A stretch of 64,000 nt of DNA from a bacterium (GTDB lineage Bacteria > Patescibacteriota > Minisyncoccia > Minisyncoccales > JAGGXC01): the NCBI GenBank assembly GCA_021163265.1, contig JAGGXC010000023.1, forward strand, positions 6,378-70,377. The letters are read 5' to 3'. Numbering within the stretch: the stretch's first letter is position 1; the number at the start of each line of letters is the position of its first letter. The notes beneath the pieces were generated by a model. It was not told the DNA's origin. It saw only the letters and a program-made list of their open reading frames with translations, and made no database searches. The position numbers were made by a program, and so were the translations under genes. Positions 8,423-18,113 of the stretch are shown piece after piece.

Positions 8423-10898
8423 ATTTTGGCCAGCAACATTTTTTGTATTTTTTTCCTGAACCGCAAGGACAAGGATCATTGCGACCAGGAGTTTGTCTTA
8501 CCTGACGATGATTTACAACTGTTCTTCGAAAATATTGAGGTGGCTGTGGAGACTCTTTTTTGTTTATTTCTATATTTAAAATGGAGTGAACAATAGCTTT
8601 CTCTATCGTATCCAAAAACTGCCTAAACAAACGGTGACCCTCTGTTTTATATTCTACCAAAGGATCCTGAGCTCCGTAAGCTCTTAAACGAACAGAATCC
8701 TTCAGATGATGTTCCATCATATATAAATGATCTATCCATAACATATCCATTGTACGCAAGGCAACAAACCTCATTATCTTTAACATATTTTCCTTTCCTA
8801 TCAGCTCTTCCTTTTTTTGATATTCATCTTTTGAATAGCCATGTCTTTCTATCATTTCAATTACTTTCTGTCGCAAATCGTCAGGAGTAGCTCTTAAAAT
8901 CTCTTTCCGTTTACGATAAAATGTTTCTCGATGTTTATTAAGCACGTCATCATATTCTAATAGATGCTTTCTTGCATCAAAATTCATTCCCTCAAGCTTT
9001 GACTGAGCCGCTTCAATTGCATTTGAGACCATCTTTGCTTCTATAGGTTGATCCTCGGGAATATTTAGTTTCTCCATTAATACTTTTAACTTTTCTCCTC
9101 CAAATATCTGCATAAGGTCATCCTCGAGAGAAACAAAAAACTGAGAAGAACCAGGATCTCCTTGTCTTCCTGCTCTACCTCTTAATTGATTATCGATTCG
9201 CCGCGCTTCATGTCTTTCTGTTCCTATAACATGAAGCCCTCCCAAAGCTCTCACTTTCTTTGCTTCTTCAGGATCTGGAGGATTTCCTCCTAAAATAATA
9301 TCCACTCCCCTTCCTGCCATATTAGTAGCTACAGTTACCTGTCCCAATCTCCCCGCTTGAGCAATAATCTCTCCTTCTCTTTCATGGTTTGTGGCATCTA
9401 AGACCTGGCAAGCAATCCCTTCTCTCTCCAATAGTCTTTTAATTATCCTGTTTTTTTCAATCGCCCCTTCTGTATGCTCTCTAGCAGCGAACACACCTGT
9501 TCCTATCAAAATTGGTTGACCTAGCGCATGACGTTTTTTTACCTCTTCTACTATAGCTTTCAATTTTCCTTTCTTTGTTCTATACACCCGATCAGGCAAA
9601 TCCTTTCTTATCATTGGTTTATTTGTAGGAACAGAAATCACTTCTAGATTGTAAACCTTATCAAACTCTTCAGCAGATGTAGCCGCTGTTCCTGTCATAC
9701 CCGCTAACTTTTCATACATCCGGAAATAATTCTGAAAAGTAATGGATGCAAGTGTCCGAGATTCAGGCTTTACTTCAAGACCCTCTTTTGCTTCCACTGC
9801 TTGATGAAGACCACCTGACCACCTTCTTCCAGGCATTAATCTCCCTGTAAATTCATCAACTATAATTACTTCCCCATTCTTTACAATATAATCCCTGTCT
9901 CTTTTAAACAAAACGCGAGCTTTAAGAGCAGCCTCTAATTGATGAATAGTAATAATATCACTCTTAGCCCAAGGATCAAAGCCAAGCTCCCTAATAATTC
10001 TTTCTTGCCCTTTTTCGGTAAAAGTAGGAATACGCATCTTCGCATCCATTACATAATCCTGATTTTCTTTAAACTGACTTATCAATCTAGCAAACCGATA
10101 ATACTTCTCTGTAGATTTCTCAGCAGGCGAAGAAATAATTAAAGGTGTTCTTGCTTCATCAATCAAAATAGAATCTATCTCATCAATTATCGCATAAAAA
10201 AAGCCTCTCTGGACCTCTTCCTCTGAACTATAAACCATGTTATCCCGAAGATAATCAAAACCAAACTCATTGTTTGTACCGTAGGTAATATCTGCTTGAT
10301 AAGCTTCTTTTCTGGTACAAGGACGGAGAAAATCTTCTACTACTTTAAAAGAACCTAGTTCGTCTCGGATTTTATCTTTCTCCTCATCTGGCTTTTTATA
10401 CTCCGGATCATAAATAAAAGACTGCTCATGATTAAGACAACCAACAGATAGCCCTAAATAATGATAAATCTGTCCCATCCATACAGTATCTCTTCTTGCT
10501 AAATAATCATTTACTGTAACAAGGTGAACACCCCTACCTGTGAGAGCATTCAAATATAAAGGTAATGTAGCAGCAAGGGTTTTACCTTCACCTGTTTTCA
10601 TTTCGGCAATCTTTCCCTGATGAAGAACTATACCTCCGATGAGTTGACAATCAAAATGTCTCTGACCTAAAGTCCTTTTCGCTGCTTCTCTTACTACAGC
10701 AAATGCTTCAGGTAGAACATTATCAAGAGATTGGCCTTTTTTAATCCTTTCTTTAAACTCAAGTGTCTTTTTTCTTAGTTCTTCTTGTGACAAACGCTCA
10801 AAGTTTTTCTCTAAACTGTTAATCTTCTCAACATAAGGATAAATACTTCTAAGATACTTTTCGTTGGCATCGCCAAATATTTTATTTAAAATTCCCAT
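8415..10898 (-). CDS. secA: Preprotein translocase ATPase SecA
   Basis: MKTGEGKT, DEIDSILIDEARTPLIIS, ATNMAGRG, QLRGRAGRQGDPG, C-terminal SEC-C GRNDPCPCGSGKKYKKC. Confidence 0.98.
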   Translation of the reverse strand: MGILNKIFGDANEKYLRSIYPYVEKINSLEKNFERLSQEELRKKTLEFKERIKKGQSLDNVLPEAFAVVREAAKRTLGQRHFDCQLIGGIVLHQGKIAEMKTGEGKTLAATLPLYLNALTGRGVHLVTVNDYLARRDTVWMGQIYHYLGLSVGCLNHEQSFIYDPEYKKPDEEKDKIRDELGSFKVVEDFLRPCTRKEAYQADITYGTNNEFGFDYLRDNMVYSSEEEVQRGFFYAIIDEIDSILIDEARTPLIISSPAEKSTEKYYRFARLISQFKENQDYVMDAKMRIPTFTEKGQERIIRELGFDPWAKSDIITIHQLEAALKARVLFKRDRDYIVKNGEVIIVDEFTGRLMPGRRWSGGLHQAVEAKEGLEVKPESRTLASITFQNYFRMYEKLAGMTGTAATSAEEFDKVYNLEVISVPTNKPMIRKDLPDRVYRTKKGKLKAIVEEVKKRHALGQPILIGTGVFAAREHTEGAIEKNRIIKRLLEREGIACQVLDATNHEREGEIIAQAGRLGQVTVATNMAGRGVDIILGGNPPDPEEAKKVRALGGLHVIGTERHEARRIDNQLRGRAGRQGDPGSSQFFVSLEDDLMQIFGGEKLKVLMEKLNIPEDQPIEAKMVSNAIEAAQSKLEGMNFDARKHLLEYDDVLNKHRETFYRKRKEILRATPDDLRQKVIEMIERHGYSKDEYQKKEELIGKENMLKIMRFVALRTMDMLWIDHLYMMEHHLKDSVRLRAYGAQDPLVEYKTEGHRLFRQFLDTIEKAIVHSILNIEINKKESPQPPQYFRRTVVNHRQVRQTPGRNDPCPCGSGKKYKKCCWPKYG

Positions 10899-10935
10899 AT
10901 GTAAATATTTAGAGGCTAATCAAAAGAAGTGCTTT

Positions 10936-10964
10936 ATTATATAAAAATATCTCTTTGTTTGCAA
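10936..10964 (-). promoter_or_regulatory. Sigma70-type promoter for the secA-secDF operon
   Basis: TTGCAA-17 nt-TATAAT on the minus strand, about 38 nt upstream of the secA ATG. Confidence 0.6.
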
Positions 10965-11023
10965 GAAAAAAAGGCAGTTCCTCTCTACCTTCTCAGATTT
11001 ACAATCTATTTGTTACTTTTGGA

Positions 11024-11443
11024 TTATCTTTTTTTTCTTTCCTGACTAACTGATGATGAAGAAATTATTTCTTTAAACTTCCTACTCGACCTCCGTACTT
11101 TTGAGATCTGTTTTTCTTTATACTGTTTAAGTATCCTTTGAAGTTCATCTTTAACTTCGGTTATTGCCAAGAAAATATCATTTTTCACTGACTCAGCTCT
11201 TACACTCTTACCGGGCAATTTTATTTGACATTCTACTCGAAAGACATCTCCTTTTCGATGATGTAGTCTTTTTTCTAGCTCTACCCATCCTTCCACAGCT
11301 GGTTTTACTTTATGGGATTGTTTGAAATCCTCACCTATATCTTTTATAAGCTTCTCTAATCCTCCGATCTTTTCTTTTACAGCGCTTCTAAGAGAAGGAG
11401 AAATTTTAATATTTGTACCCTTAATTTCAAGTTTAAATCGCAT
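11024..11443 (-). CDS. hpf: Ribosome hibernation factor HPF/RaiA (short form)
   Basis: IKGTNIKISPSLRSAVKEKI...FRVECQIKLPGKSVRAE...DIFLAI...L..YKEK pattern. Confidence 0.85.
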   Translation of the reverse strand: MRFKLEIKGTNIKISPSLRSAVKEKIGGLEKLIKDIGEDFKQSHKVKPAVEGWVELEKRLHHRKGDVFRVECQIKLPGKSVRAESVKNDIFLAITEVKDELQRILKQYKEKQISKVRRSSRKFKEIISSSSVSQERKKR

Positions 11444-11548
11444 AATAATTCTGAGTTATAAAAGCTATTTTACAGAAACAATACCGCCCCCTTTGAGTCC
11501 CAAATTTGATAAAAATTCAGATTCTATTTAAGGGGGCGTCCCACAAAA

Positions 11549-11644
11549 CTATTTTTTCTTTCTTCTTTTGGTAGTCTTTTTCTTCTTTGTGGTTTTTTTC
11601 TTCTTTGTACTCTTCTTTTTTGTGGTTTTTTTCTTCTTGGCCAT
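11549..11644 (-). CDS. 31-aa Lys/Thr-rich basic peptide (histone-H1/protamine-like), below the ORF-track cutoff
   Basis: MAKKKKTTKKKSTKKKKTTKKKKTTKRRKKK*, with GGAGG Shine-Dalgarno 9 nt upstream and an inverted repeat (CGCCCCCTT/AAGGGGGCG) downstream. Confidence 0.75.
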   Translation of the reverse strand: MAKKKKTTKKKSTKKKKTTKKKKTTKRRKKK

Positions 11645-11789
11645 TTATATACCCCTCCAGGTATTTCAAAAACCTGGTATTTTTGTTTTTTGAATGCAAA
11701 TAGTCGACCAGCCTATTTGCAATATAAATTTATTATTTTATTTTCTCATTTCTAAAAAGAGTGTCAAGGTGGATAACTACAAAAGCGAT

Positions 11790-12680
11790 TCAAAAACCAA
11801 GATATTCAATTTCTTCTTTCAGTACAATATTGAATTTTTGTTTTACTTTTTCTTTTGCTAAATTAATTAAATATAAAACATCTTCACTGCTAGCATCTCC
11901 TAGGTTTACAATAAAATTACCATGCTTCTTTGAAATCTCTGCCCCTCCTTTTTTTGCTCCTTTCAGATTACACATTTCAATTAACTTTCCTGCCGAAAAA
12001 CCTTCTGGATTTTTAAAAATAGAGCCTGCTGACCGTAAACCTATTGGTTGTTTTTCTTTCCTATAATTCAAATTTCTCTCTATCCTTTTTTTTATCTCTT
12101 CCCTATTTCCTTTTTCCAGAGTAAGTCTCGCTTCTAAAATTACCAAATTTTTATTTTGTTTAAAAATACTATCTCTGTAATCAAAAAGGCATTGATCTCT
12201 TAAATACTTCCTAATTATTATTTCGGAATCTAGTTCTAGAACTTTTATTTCTTGAATGACTGTTGAAATTGATCTACCAAAAGCACCGCTGTTTCCTCTT
12301 ATTGCTCCTCCCACAGTCCCAGGAATTCCTGCCGCCCATTCCAAGCCAGTAAGCTCAGCTCTTTCTGATAGGCGAACTAATTGGCTTAGTAATACACCTG
12401 CCCCAGCTAATATTTCAAGCTTATTCTGCTCAATTCTTCTATTCTCTGTTTTTATCACTAATCCATCAAAGCCTTTATCAGAAATTAAAAGATTGCTCCC
12501 TCCTCCTAAAATAAAAAAATCAAGTTTATATTCTTTCGCTACCTGAACAGCTTTAATTATTGATTCTGTATCTTTTGCAACAAAAAAATATTTTGCTTGT
12601 CCTCCGATTCCTAAAGTAGTATAAGAAGAAAGTAAAATATTTTTTTTAATGCCATTCAACCTGTTTTCTATTGAAGACAT
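11790..12680 (-). CDS. murB: UDP-N-acetylmuramate dehydrogenase
   Basis: TTLGIGGQA, ILGGGSNLL, GIPGTVGGA, SAGSIFKNP, HGNFIVN. Confidence 0.95.
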   Translation of the reverse strand: MSSIENRLNGIKKNILLSSYTTLGIGGQAKYFFVAKDTESIIKAVQVAKEYKLDFFILGGGSNLLISDKGFDGLVIKTENRRIEQNKLEILAGAGVLLSQLVRLSERAELTGLEWAAGIPGTVGGAIRGNSGAFGRSISTVIQEIKVLELDSEIIIRKYLRDQCLFDYRDSIFKQNKNLVILEARLTLEKGNREEIKKRIERNLNYRKEKQPIGLRSAGSIFKNPEGFSAGKLIEMCNLKGAKKGGAEISKKHGNFIVNLGDASSEDVLYLINLAKEKVKQKFNIVLKEEIEYLGF

Positions 12681-12701
12681 CTTTTAGATATAGATATTTA
12701 T

Positions 12702-12765
12702 AAAAAAGGACCGGAGGAGTTGACTCCAATTCTAAGTCTTTTGGTGAGTGCTAGCCTCCGGTCCG
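12702..12765 (-). ncRNA. Candidate small RNA 2 (~64 nt)
   Basis: Promoter TTGCTT(12795-12800)-17-TATAAT(12772-12777); 10-bp closing stem GGACCGGAGG/CCUCCGGUCC followed by U6; no ORF. Confidence 0.6.
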
Positions 12766-12801
12766 ATTATCATTATACATTTATTTTTCTCTTGAAGCAA
12801 G

Positions 12802-12884
12802 AAAAAAGTGTCGGACCTCACTGATGTAAGGTCCGACACCGACTTTAGAATGGAGTCTCCGATATACTCGGAGTCGCACTCACC
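12802..12884 (-). ncRNA. Candidate small RNA 1 (~83 nt)
   Basis: Promoter TTGACA(12914-12919)-17-TAATAT(12891-12896); internal hairpin CUCCGA/UCGGAG; 14-bp terminator stem (12808-12839) followed by U6; no ORF. Confidence 0.65.
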
Positions 12885-12926
12885 GTTTTAATATTAACAA
12901 TATAATCAAAGCTTGTCAAGAGCTTA

Positions 12927-15011
12927 TCATTGACTAAGTTCTTCTTTAGAAACTCCGAGACCTCTTTGATTTAAAAGATTTTGAATGTCGTTGGCCCACT
13001 TAGGATTAATATCTAGAGCTGTTTTAATTGCCCGTTTCATATACTCCTGGTTACCTGTTGCTTTCGCTATCACTATTCCGACATCCACCATTATCATATT
13101 TGACTGCTCAGCACGAGGAGCAAGCAACACTGATTTTCGAGCAACAAGAAAAGCTTCATCAAACTTTCCTTCAAACATTTTGGTTTGAGCAAGAGCCCAA
13201 TAAGCCTGCTGATTTCCGGGACTAATCTCAATAGCTTTATTCAAAACCTCTTCTGCTTTTTTTAAAGCAGAATAATCTATCCTCGAGTAGATATTATATA
13301 CACTTCCTAGCAAGAGATAAGAAGAAAAAAGCAAAGGAGATTCTTTTATATTTTCTTCTAATCCTTGAGCAAGAAAGGTAAGTTCTCTCTTTTGATCTTC
13401 CAGAGGAATTGCTTCCACGATAGGACGAATTTTATATTTAGCCATCTCTTGACTAGCAATGTTTTCTCTCATCTGAAATTTCCCCATAGGAGAAATCGAC
13501 AAGCTCTCTTTATACAAATCAATTCTTTCTTTTGAGTCTTCGGTATGAACAGCTTTTATAAGAGTCATATTGGAACGTGCCGGTTGAATTACAAAATAAA
13601 ACAGAGAGAAACCTAAAGCTAACGAAAAGACCACAAAACCAACCATAAAACCAATTCGATTAAATGAAAGATCTCCCTCTTCGATCTTAATATTTTCTTT
13701 TTGAGAAGCTATACTTCCCACAAACCCCAAGACGACAAAAAACATCATATAACTTGCTACCATATCGAATACAGTTAAATTTTGAATAAAGTAAGCAAGT
13801 AGAGTAACTGAAAAGAGAGAAACGGTTAAGAAATCTAATTCTTGACGATAATATTTTTTCCAAAGTATCCAAAATACAGAAAGAAAAAATAAAAGATAAA
13901 CCAAAAATCCAACCATTCCCATTGCAACTAATGTATCTACTATAATATTATGAGCCCGGTCAAACCAGATGTCATTTCCATATTCCTCTCTGATAAAAAG
14001 GCGGGGGTCAAAATATTTCGTAAAAGCGATATTGAAATTCTCAGGCCCCCATCCAAAAAGAGGCCTTTCTTTCAAAGCTCTTATACCTATATTCCAGACA
14101 AGAGCACGATCTTTTGAAATTGATAAAGAAACTTTATCAAGTATTTCACGCTGAATTATATTTTTCTGTCCAAAATAAGCATATGAAAGAGAGGAATAAA
14201 TTGCCAAAACCAGAGCACATGAGAAGATTATCAAGAGAGAAATACCAGCTATCTTCAGTTTTTTATCTCGATGATAAATACACCAAAGCAAAAACAACAA
14301 AACAAGCCCGCCAACAAATGAAATAGCTGCTGCTCTGCCTGTGCTAAGAAAAAGAGAAATTATAACAATAGCAGAAAAAATCCCAAACAATATCCTCAAT
14401 TCTTGCTCAAAAAGCTCAAAGAAAAGGTAAATTCCAAGAAAAGCATTAAATAATAAATAAGAAGCTAGGAATGAACTATTCCCTAACGTCCCTCCTCCCC
14501 GAGTCTCCAAACCTGCTTTAGCAAGAGGTCCAATATGTTTGGCGGTTAAGATAGCCAGAGAACCTACAATTGCTGCAATTATTATTGATACCTCAAAGAC
14601 TTTTATCCAATCTTCTTTTTTAAAAACCGAAGATGTAGCTACAAATAACCCAAAAAGATGAAACCACATTAACAATCCTGTCATTCTTTCATATTTTGAC
14701 CAAAAACTCTCAGCCGGACAAACCCCAAACACTGTGGAGATTATCATAGACACAAGAAAAAGAGAAAGTCCAACTAAAAGGATGTTTAATTTAGGTCTAT
14801 ATTTAGAAAAAGAAACTGCCAAAATCAAATAGACAAAAATTATCACTTCTGCTACTCCAAAAAAATAAAGAGTTTTTGGAGCAACAAAAGGAAAAAAGAA
14901 ATTCCTGCTTATTATAAGAGGAGTAAGCAAAAGCGAATAAACAGAAAACTTAAAGATCACAAGAAGAAGATGTTCTATTTTCTTGCTTAAACTAAAAATA
15001 TGGTTTGACAT
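12927..15011 (-). CDS. O-antigen ligase family / O-oligosaccharyltransferase-like membrane protein with C-terminal TPRs
   Basis: Many TM segments; GTLGNSSFLASYL, R..VWNIG...RPLFGWGPENF, DRAHNIIVDTL (Wzy_C signature); TPR-like tail. Confidence 0.85.
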   Translation of the reverse strand: MSNHIFSLSKKIEHLLLVIFKFSVYSLLLTPLIISRNFFFPFVAPKTLYFFGVAEVIIFVYLILAVSFSKYRPKLNILLVGLSLFLVSMIISTVFGVCPAESFWSKYERMTGLLMWFHLFGLFVATSSVFKKEDWIKVFEVSIIIAAIVGSLAILTAKHIGPLAKAGLETRGGGTLGNSSFLASYLLFNAFLGIYLFFELFEQELRILFGIFSAIVIISLFLSTGRAAAISFVGGLVLLFLLWCIYHRDKKLKIAGISLLIIFSCALVLAIYSSLSYAYFGQKNIIQREILDKVSLSISKDRALVWNIGIRALKERPLFGWGPENFNIAFTKYFDPRLFIREEYGNDIWFDRAHNIIVDTLVAMGMVGFLVYLLFFLSVFWILWKKYYRQELDFLTVSLFSVTLLAYFIQNLTVFDMVASYMMFFVVLGFVGSIASQKENIKIEEGDLSFNRIGFMVGFVVFSLALGFSLFYFVIQPARSNMTLIKAVHTEDSKERIDLYKESLSISPMGKFQMRENIASQEMAKYKIRPIVEAIPLEDQKRELTFLAQGLEENIKESPLLFSSYLLLGSVYNIYSRIDYSALKKAEEVLNKAIEISPGNQQAYWALAQTKMFEGKFDEAFLVARKSVLLAPRAEQSNMIMVDVGIVIAKATGNQEYMKRAIKTALDINPKWANDIQNLLNQRGLGVSKEELSQ

Positions 15012-15084
15012 ATTTTATGAACAGTAATAAAAAATATTTTTTAATTATAGCTATTTATTTTTAAAAAAACAAATATTTTATTTT

Positions 15085-16956
15085 TTATTCCTTATGAGAA
15101 AAAGAAGGAACTATTTCTTTTAAGATTTTTATAATTTCTTTTTTATTGTTCTTTGAGATAGTTTCTTTAAGTTCGGCGAGACAAGAATCAAGCTTTTCTT
15201 TATTTACTTCCGGAAGTTTAGCAATAAAAATTCTTTCTCTTTGAGTAGCTTGAGTTCCTTCTTCTGCTGTTAAGATATTTTCAAAAAATTTTTCCCCTGG
15301 TCGAGGTCCAGAAAAAACAATAGGAATATCCTTGTCTGGTTCAAGACCACTAAGACGGATAAGTTCGCGAGCTAAATCAATAATTTTGATAGGTTTTCCC
15401 ATATCTAGAACAAAAATTTCTCCGCCATGACCCATCTCTGCTGCCTGCATTACCAATAGACATGCCTCAGGTATCATCATAAAATACCTCTTCATTTCAG
15501 GATGAGTTACCTCCACTGGCCCTCCTTTCTTGATTTGCTCTTTAAATATAGGAATAACACTTCCTCGACTATCTAATACATTCCCAAATCTTACAGCAAT
15601 AAATCTACAAGAACTACTCTTATTAAGAGCTTGACAAATCATCTCTCCTATCCTTTTAGTGGCACCCATTACCGAAACAGGATTAACTGCTTTGTCTGTA
15701 GAAATAAATATAAATTTCTCTACATTATACTCCACGGCAAGATCAGCTATTGTTTTTGTGCCAAAAATATTATTCTTTACTGCTTCCTCAGGATAAGCTT
15801 CCATTAAAGGAACGTGTTTATAGGCAGCAGCATGGAATACAATCTGAGGTCTAAATTCTTCAAAAGTATATCTCATTTTTTCTTTATCCAGAATATCACC
15901 AACTACTTCTTTGAACTCAAGATCGGGAAATCTAGCCCTAATTTCCTGGTTAATATTAAAAATACCTGTCTCGTCTTGATCTAGCGCTATTAACAAAGCA
16001 GGTTTGAATTTAGCAATCTGCCGACAAAGTTCAGATCCAATCGAACCGGCTGCTCCTGTAACCAAAATCTTTTTGTTCTTGATAAATTTTTTAATTGCAT
16101 CAAAGTCAAAAGAAATAGGCTCTCTTCCTAAAAGATCCTCTATTCTTAAATCTTTAAGATCAGCAACGGAAACTTCCCCATCTACAATTTCTGTTAAACT
16201 AGGAACTACTTTAATATTCTTTATACCTGCTCTCCTTCCTTGTTCTACTGCTCTTCTGATAACATTTGAACCTGCTGAAGGAAGAGCAACAATCATACTT
16301 TCAATCTTTTCTTCTTTTTTTATCTTTGGAATATCATCAATCTTTCCTACAACCTTAACTCCATGAATAAGAACTCCTTGTTTCACTGCACTATCATCAA
16401 CAAAAGCAACAGGTTCAAAAATATTTGACCGCGAAGAAAGAATACTTCTTAGAATCTGCTCTCCTGCATCCCCGGCTCCCACAATAAGTGTCCTTTCCTT
16501 TTTATATTCTGCTTTTTTTCTGAAAAGAGCTAGATATACTCTTTTAGCAAAACGAATTCCTCCCGAAAAAAGAATAATTAAGAAATAACTGATAAAGAAG
16601 GTAGACCGAGGAAAACCAGTCAGCACAGGGCTGTCTTTTAAAAGAAATAAAAACACTCCCAAGAAAGCAAACACTAAAGTAGTTGCTCTTACAAGCGAAA
16701 TCAATTCTTCTGCACTTACATAGGACCAAGAAAAAGAATAAAGTTTATTAAAATAAAATATAGGAAGCGCCAAAGCCAAAGAAACCAAAGTCATCAATAT
16801 TATATCACCACTATACTGAGAAGGTATTTCACCCTCAAATCTCAGAAAGAAAGAAAGATATACAGAAAATGAAATTAAAAAAATATCAGATGTTACGAAA
16901 AATACCGTTCTCGTAAAAGGAGTTCTCTTGATATATTTATTTATAATTCTGAACAT
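15085..16956 (-). CDS. Membrane-bound UDP-GlcNAc 4,6-dehydratase (PglF/CapD/WbpM family)
   Basis: 4 N-terminal TMs, GAGDAG, GAAGSIGSEL, HAAAYKHVP, STDKAV, MGATK, RFGNVL, RPGEK. Confidence 0.93.
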   Translation of the reverse strand: MFRIINKYIKRTPFTRTVFFVTSDIFLISFSVYLSFFLRFEGEIPSQYSGDIILMTLVSLALALPIFYFNKLYSFSWSYVSAEELISLVRATTLVFAFLGVFLFLLKDSPVLTGFPRSTFFISYFLIILFSGGIRFAKRVYLALFRKKAEYKKERTLIVGAGDAGEQILRSILSSRSNIFEPVAFVDDSAVKQGVLIHGVKVVGKIDDIPKIKKEEKIESMIVALPSAGSNVIRRAVEQGRRAGIKNIKVVPSLTEIVDGEVSVADLKDLRIEDLLGREPISFDFDAIKKFIKNKKILVTGAAGSIGSELCRQIAKFKPALLIALDQDETGIFNINQEIRARFPDLEFKEVVGDILDKEKMRYTFEEFRPQIVFHAAAYKHVPLMEAYPEEAVKNNIFGTKTIADLAVEYNVEKFIFISTDKAVNPVSVMGATKRIGEMICQALNKSSSCRFIAVRFGNVLDSRGSVIPIFKEQIKKGGPVEVTHPEMKRYFMMIPEACLLVMQAAEMGHGGEIFVLDMGKPIKIIDLARELIRLSGLEPDKDIPIVFSGPRPGEKFFENILTAEEGTQATQRERIFIAKLPEVNKEKLDSCLAELKETISKNNKKEIIKILKEIVPSFSHKE

Positions 16957-16959
16957 ATT

Positions 16960-18108
16960 TTATCTACTAAAAAATTTCCGCACACAATCAACTACATATT
17001 CTATTTGTTTATCTTCCAATTCTGGATAAATCGGTAAAGAAAGGACCTCGCGCGAAATTTGATCTGTTTTGGGAAGATTAAAATAGTGAAGTTCTTTCAA
17101 ATTTTCTTGACGATAATTTGGGGTTTTCCATTTTATCAATGTCTCTATCCCTTCTTTTTGAAGATATTGAGCTAGAGAATCTCTTTGTTTTGATCTTATA
17201 ACATAATTCTGAAAAACATCAAAAAAACGACCTTCCTCTTCAGGAGCTGGAGGAAGAATTAAATCCCCTACCCCAGAAAGTCTTTCATTGTAAAAAGAAG
17301 CAATCTCTCTTCTTCTTTTGATCCATTCAGGAAAATATTTTAATTTCACATTTAAGAAAGCAGCTTGGAGATTATCTAATATAGTATTAAAACCCCAACA
17401 ATGAATCTTGCTATCTTTGCTTTGCTTTTCTTCTTCTGTTTTCAAATAGGAAGGTTTCTCTCCATGATCACGAAGCAAATATAATCTTTCAGCAAGCTGT
17501 TCGTCGTCTGTACAAACCATTCCTCCCTCACCATAAGAGCCAAGAAGTTTTGCAGGATAAAAGCTAAAGCAACTTGTTTTTCCAAAAGACCCAGCAGGAG
17601 CTCCATTGTATTTTGCTCCCAATGCTTGAGCAGCGTCTTCAATGACCAGCAGGTTATATTTCTGAGCAATTTCCATAATTTTGTCCATCTCACAGCATCG
17701 CCCATTCAAATGTACAGGAATAATAGCTTTTGTCTTATCTGTTATTGCCTCCTCTATTAGATCTGGATCCATATTAAAATCATCGCGTATATCTATTAGC
17801 ACTGGACTTGCTCCGGTTCTTATTATCACATCGATGGTAGCAATATAGGTATGATCAACTGTGATTACTTCATCTCCTGGACCTATTCCATTGGCATAAA
17901 GTGAAAGAAATAAAGCCCCGGTGCAACTACCTGTTCCAATACCGTAATTTTTTCCCACAAAACTAGCAATATCTTTTTCAAACTTAACCATATCCTCACG
18001 ATAAATTAAATCTCCTGACTCCATAATTCTATGAAAAGCATCGTCAATCTCCTTTTTAATCTTCTGATACTGAAGGGAGTAGTTTATAAATGGAACCTTA
18101 TACTTCAT
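16960..18108 (-). CDS. DegT/DnrJ/EryC1/StrS sugar aminotransferase
   Basis: IEDAAQA, SFYPAKLLG (PLP lysine), LSLPIYP. Confidence 0.93.
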   Translation of the reverse strand: MKYKVPFINYSLQYQKIKKEIDDAFHRIMESGDLIYREDMVKFEKDIASFVGKNYGIGTGSCTGALFLSLYANGIGPGDEVITVDHTYIATIDVIIRTGASPVLIDIRDDFNMDPDLIEEAITDKTKAIIPVHLNGRCCEMDKIMEIAQKYNLLVIEDAAQALGAKYNGAPAGSFGKTSCFSFYPAKLLGSYGEGGMVCTDDEQLAERLYLLRDHGEKPSYLKTEEEKQSKDSKIHCWGFNTILDNLQAAFLNVKLKYFPEWIKRRREIASFYNERLSGVGDLILPPAPEEEGRFFDVFQNYVIRSKQRDSLAQYLQKEGIETLIKWKTPNYRQENLKELHYFNLPKTDQISREVLSLPIYPELEDKQIEYVVDCVRKFFSR

Positions 18109-18113
18109 AATTT

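Noticed and set aside
11517-11699. 60-aa ORF MHSKNK... from the track
   Set aside because: The alternative frame 11549..11644 has the SD and a coherent Lys/Thr repeat; this frame starts inside a leader hairpin
12702-12884. tRNA, split tRNA or CRISPR interpretation of the paired hairpins
   Set aside because: GGUGAGU/ACUCACC resembles an acceptor stem, but there is no T-loop (GUUCRA), D-loop or encoded CCA, no repeat-spacer periodicity and no cas genes
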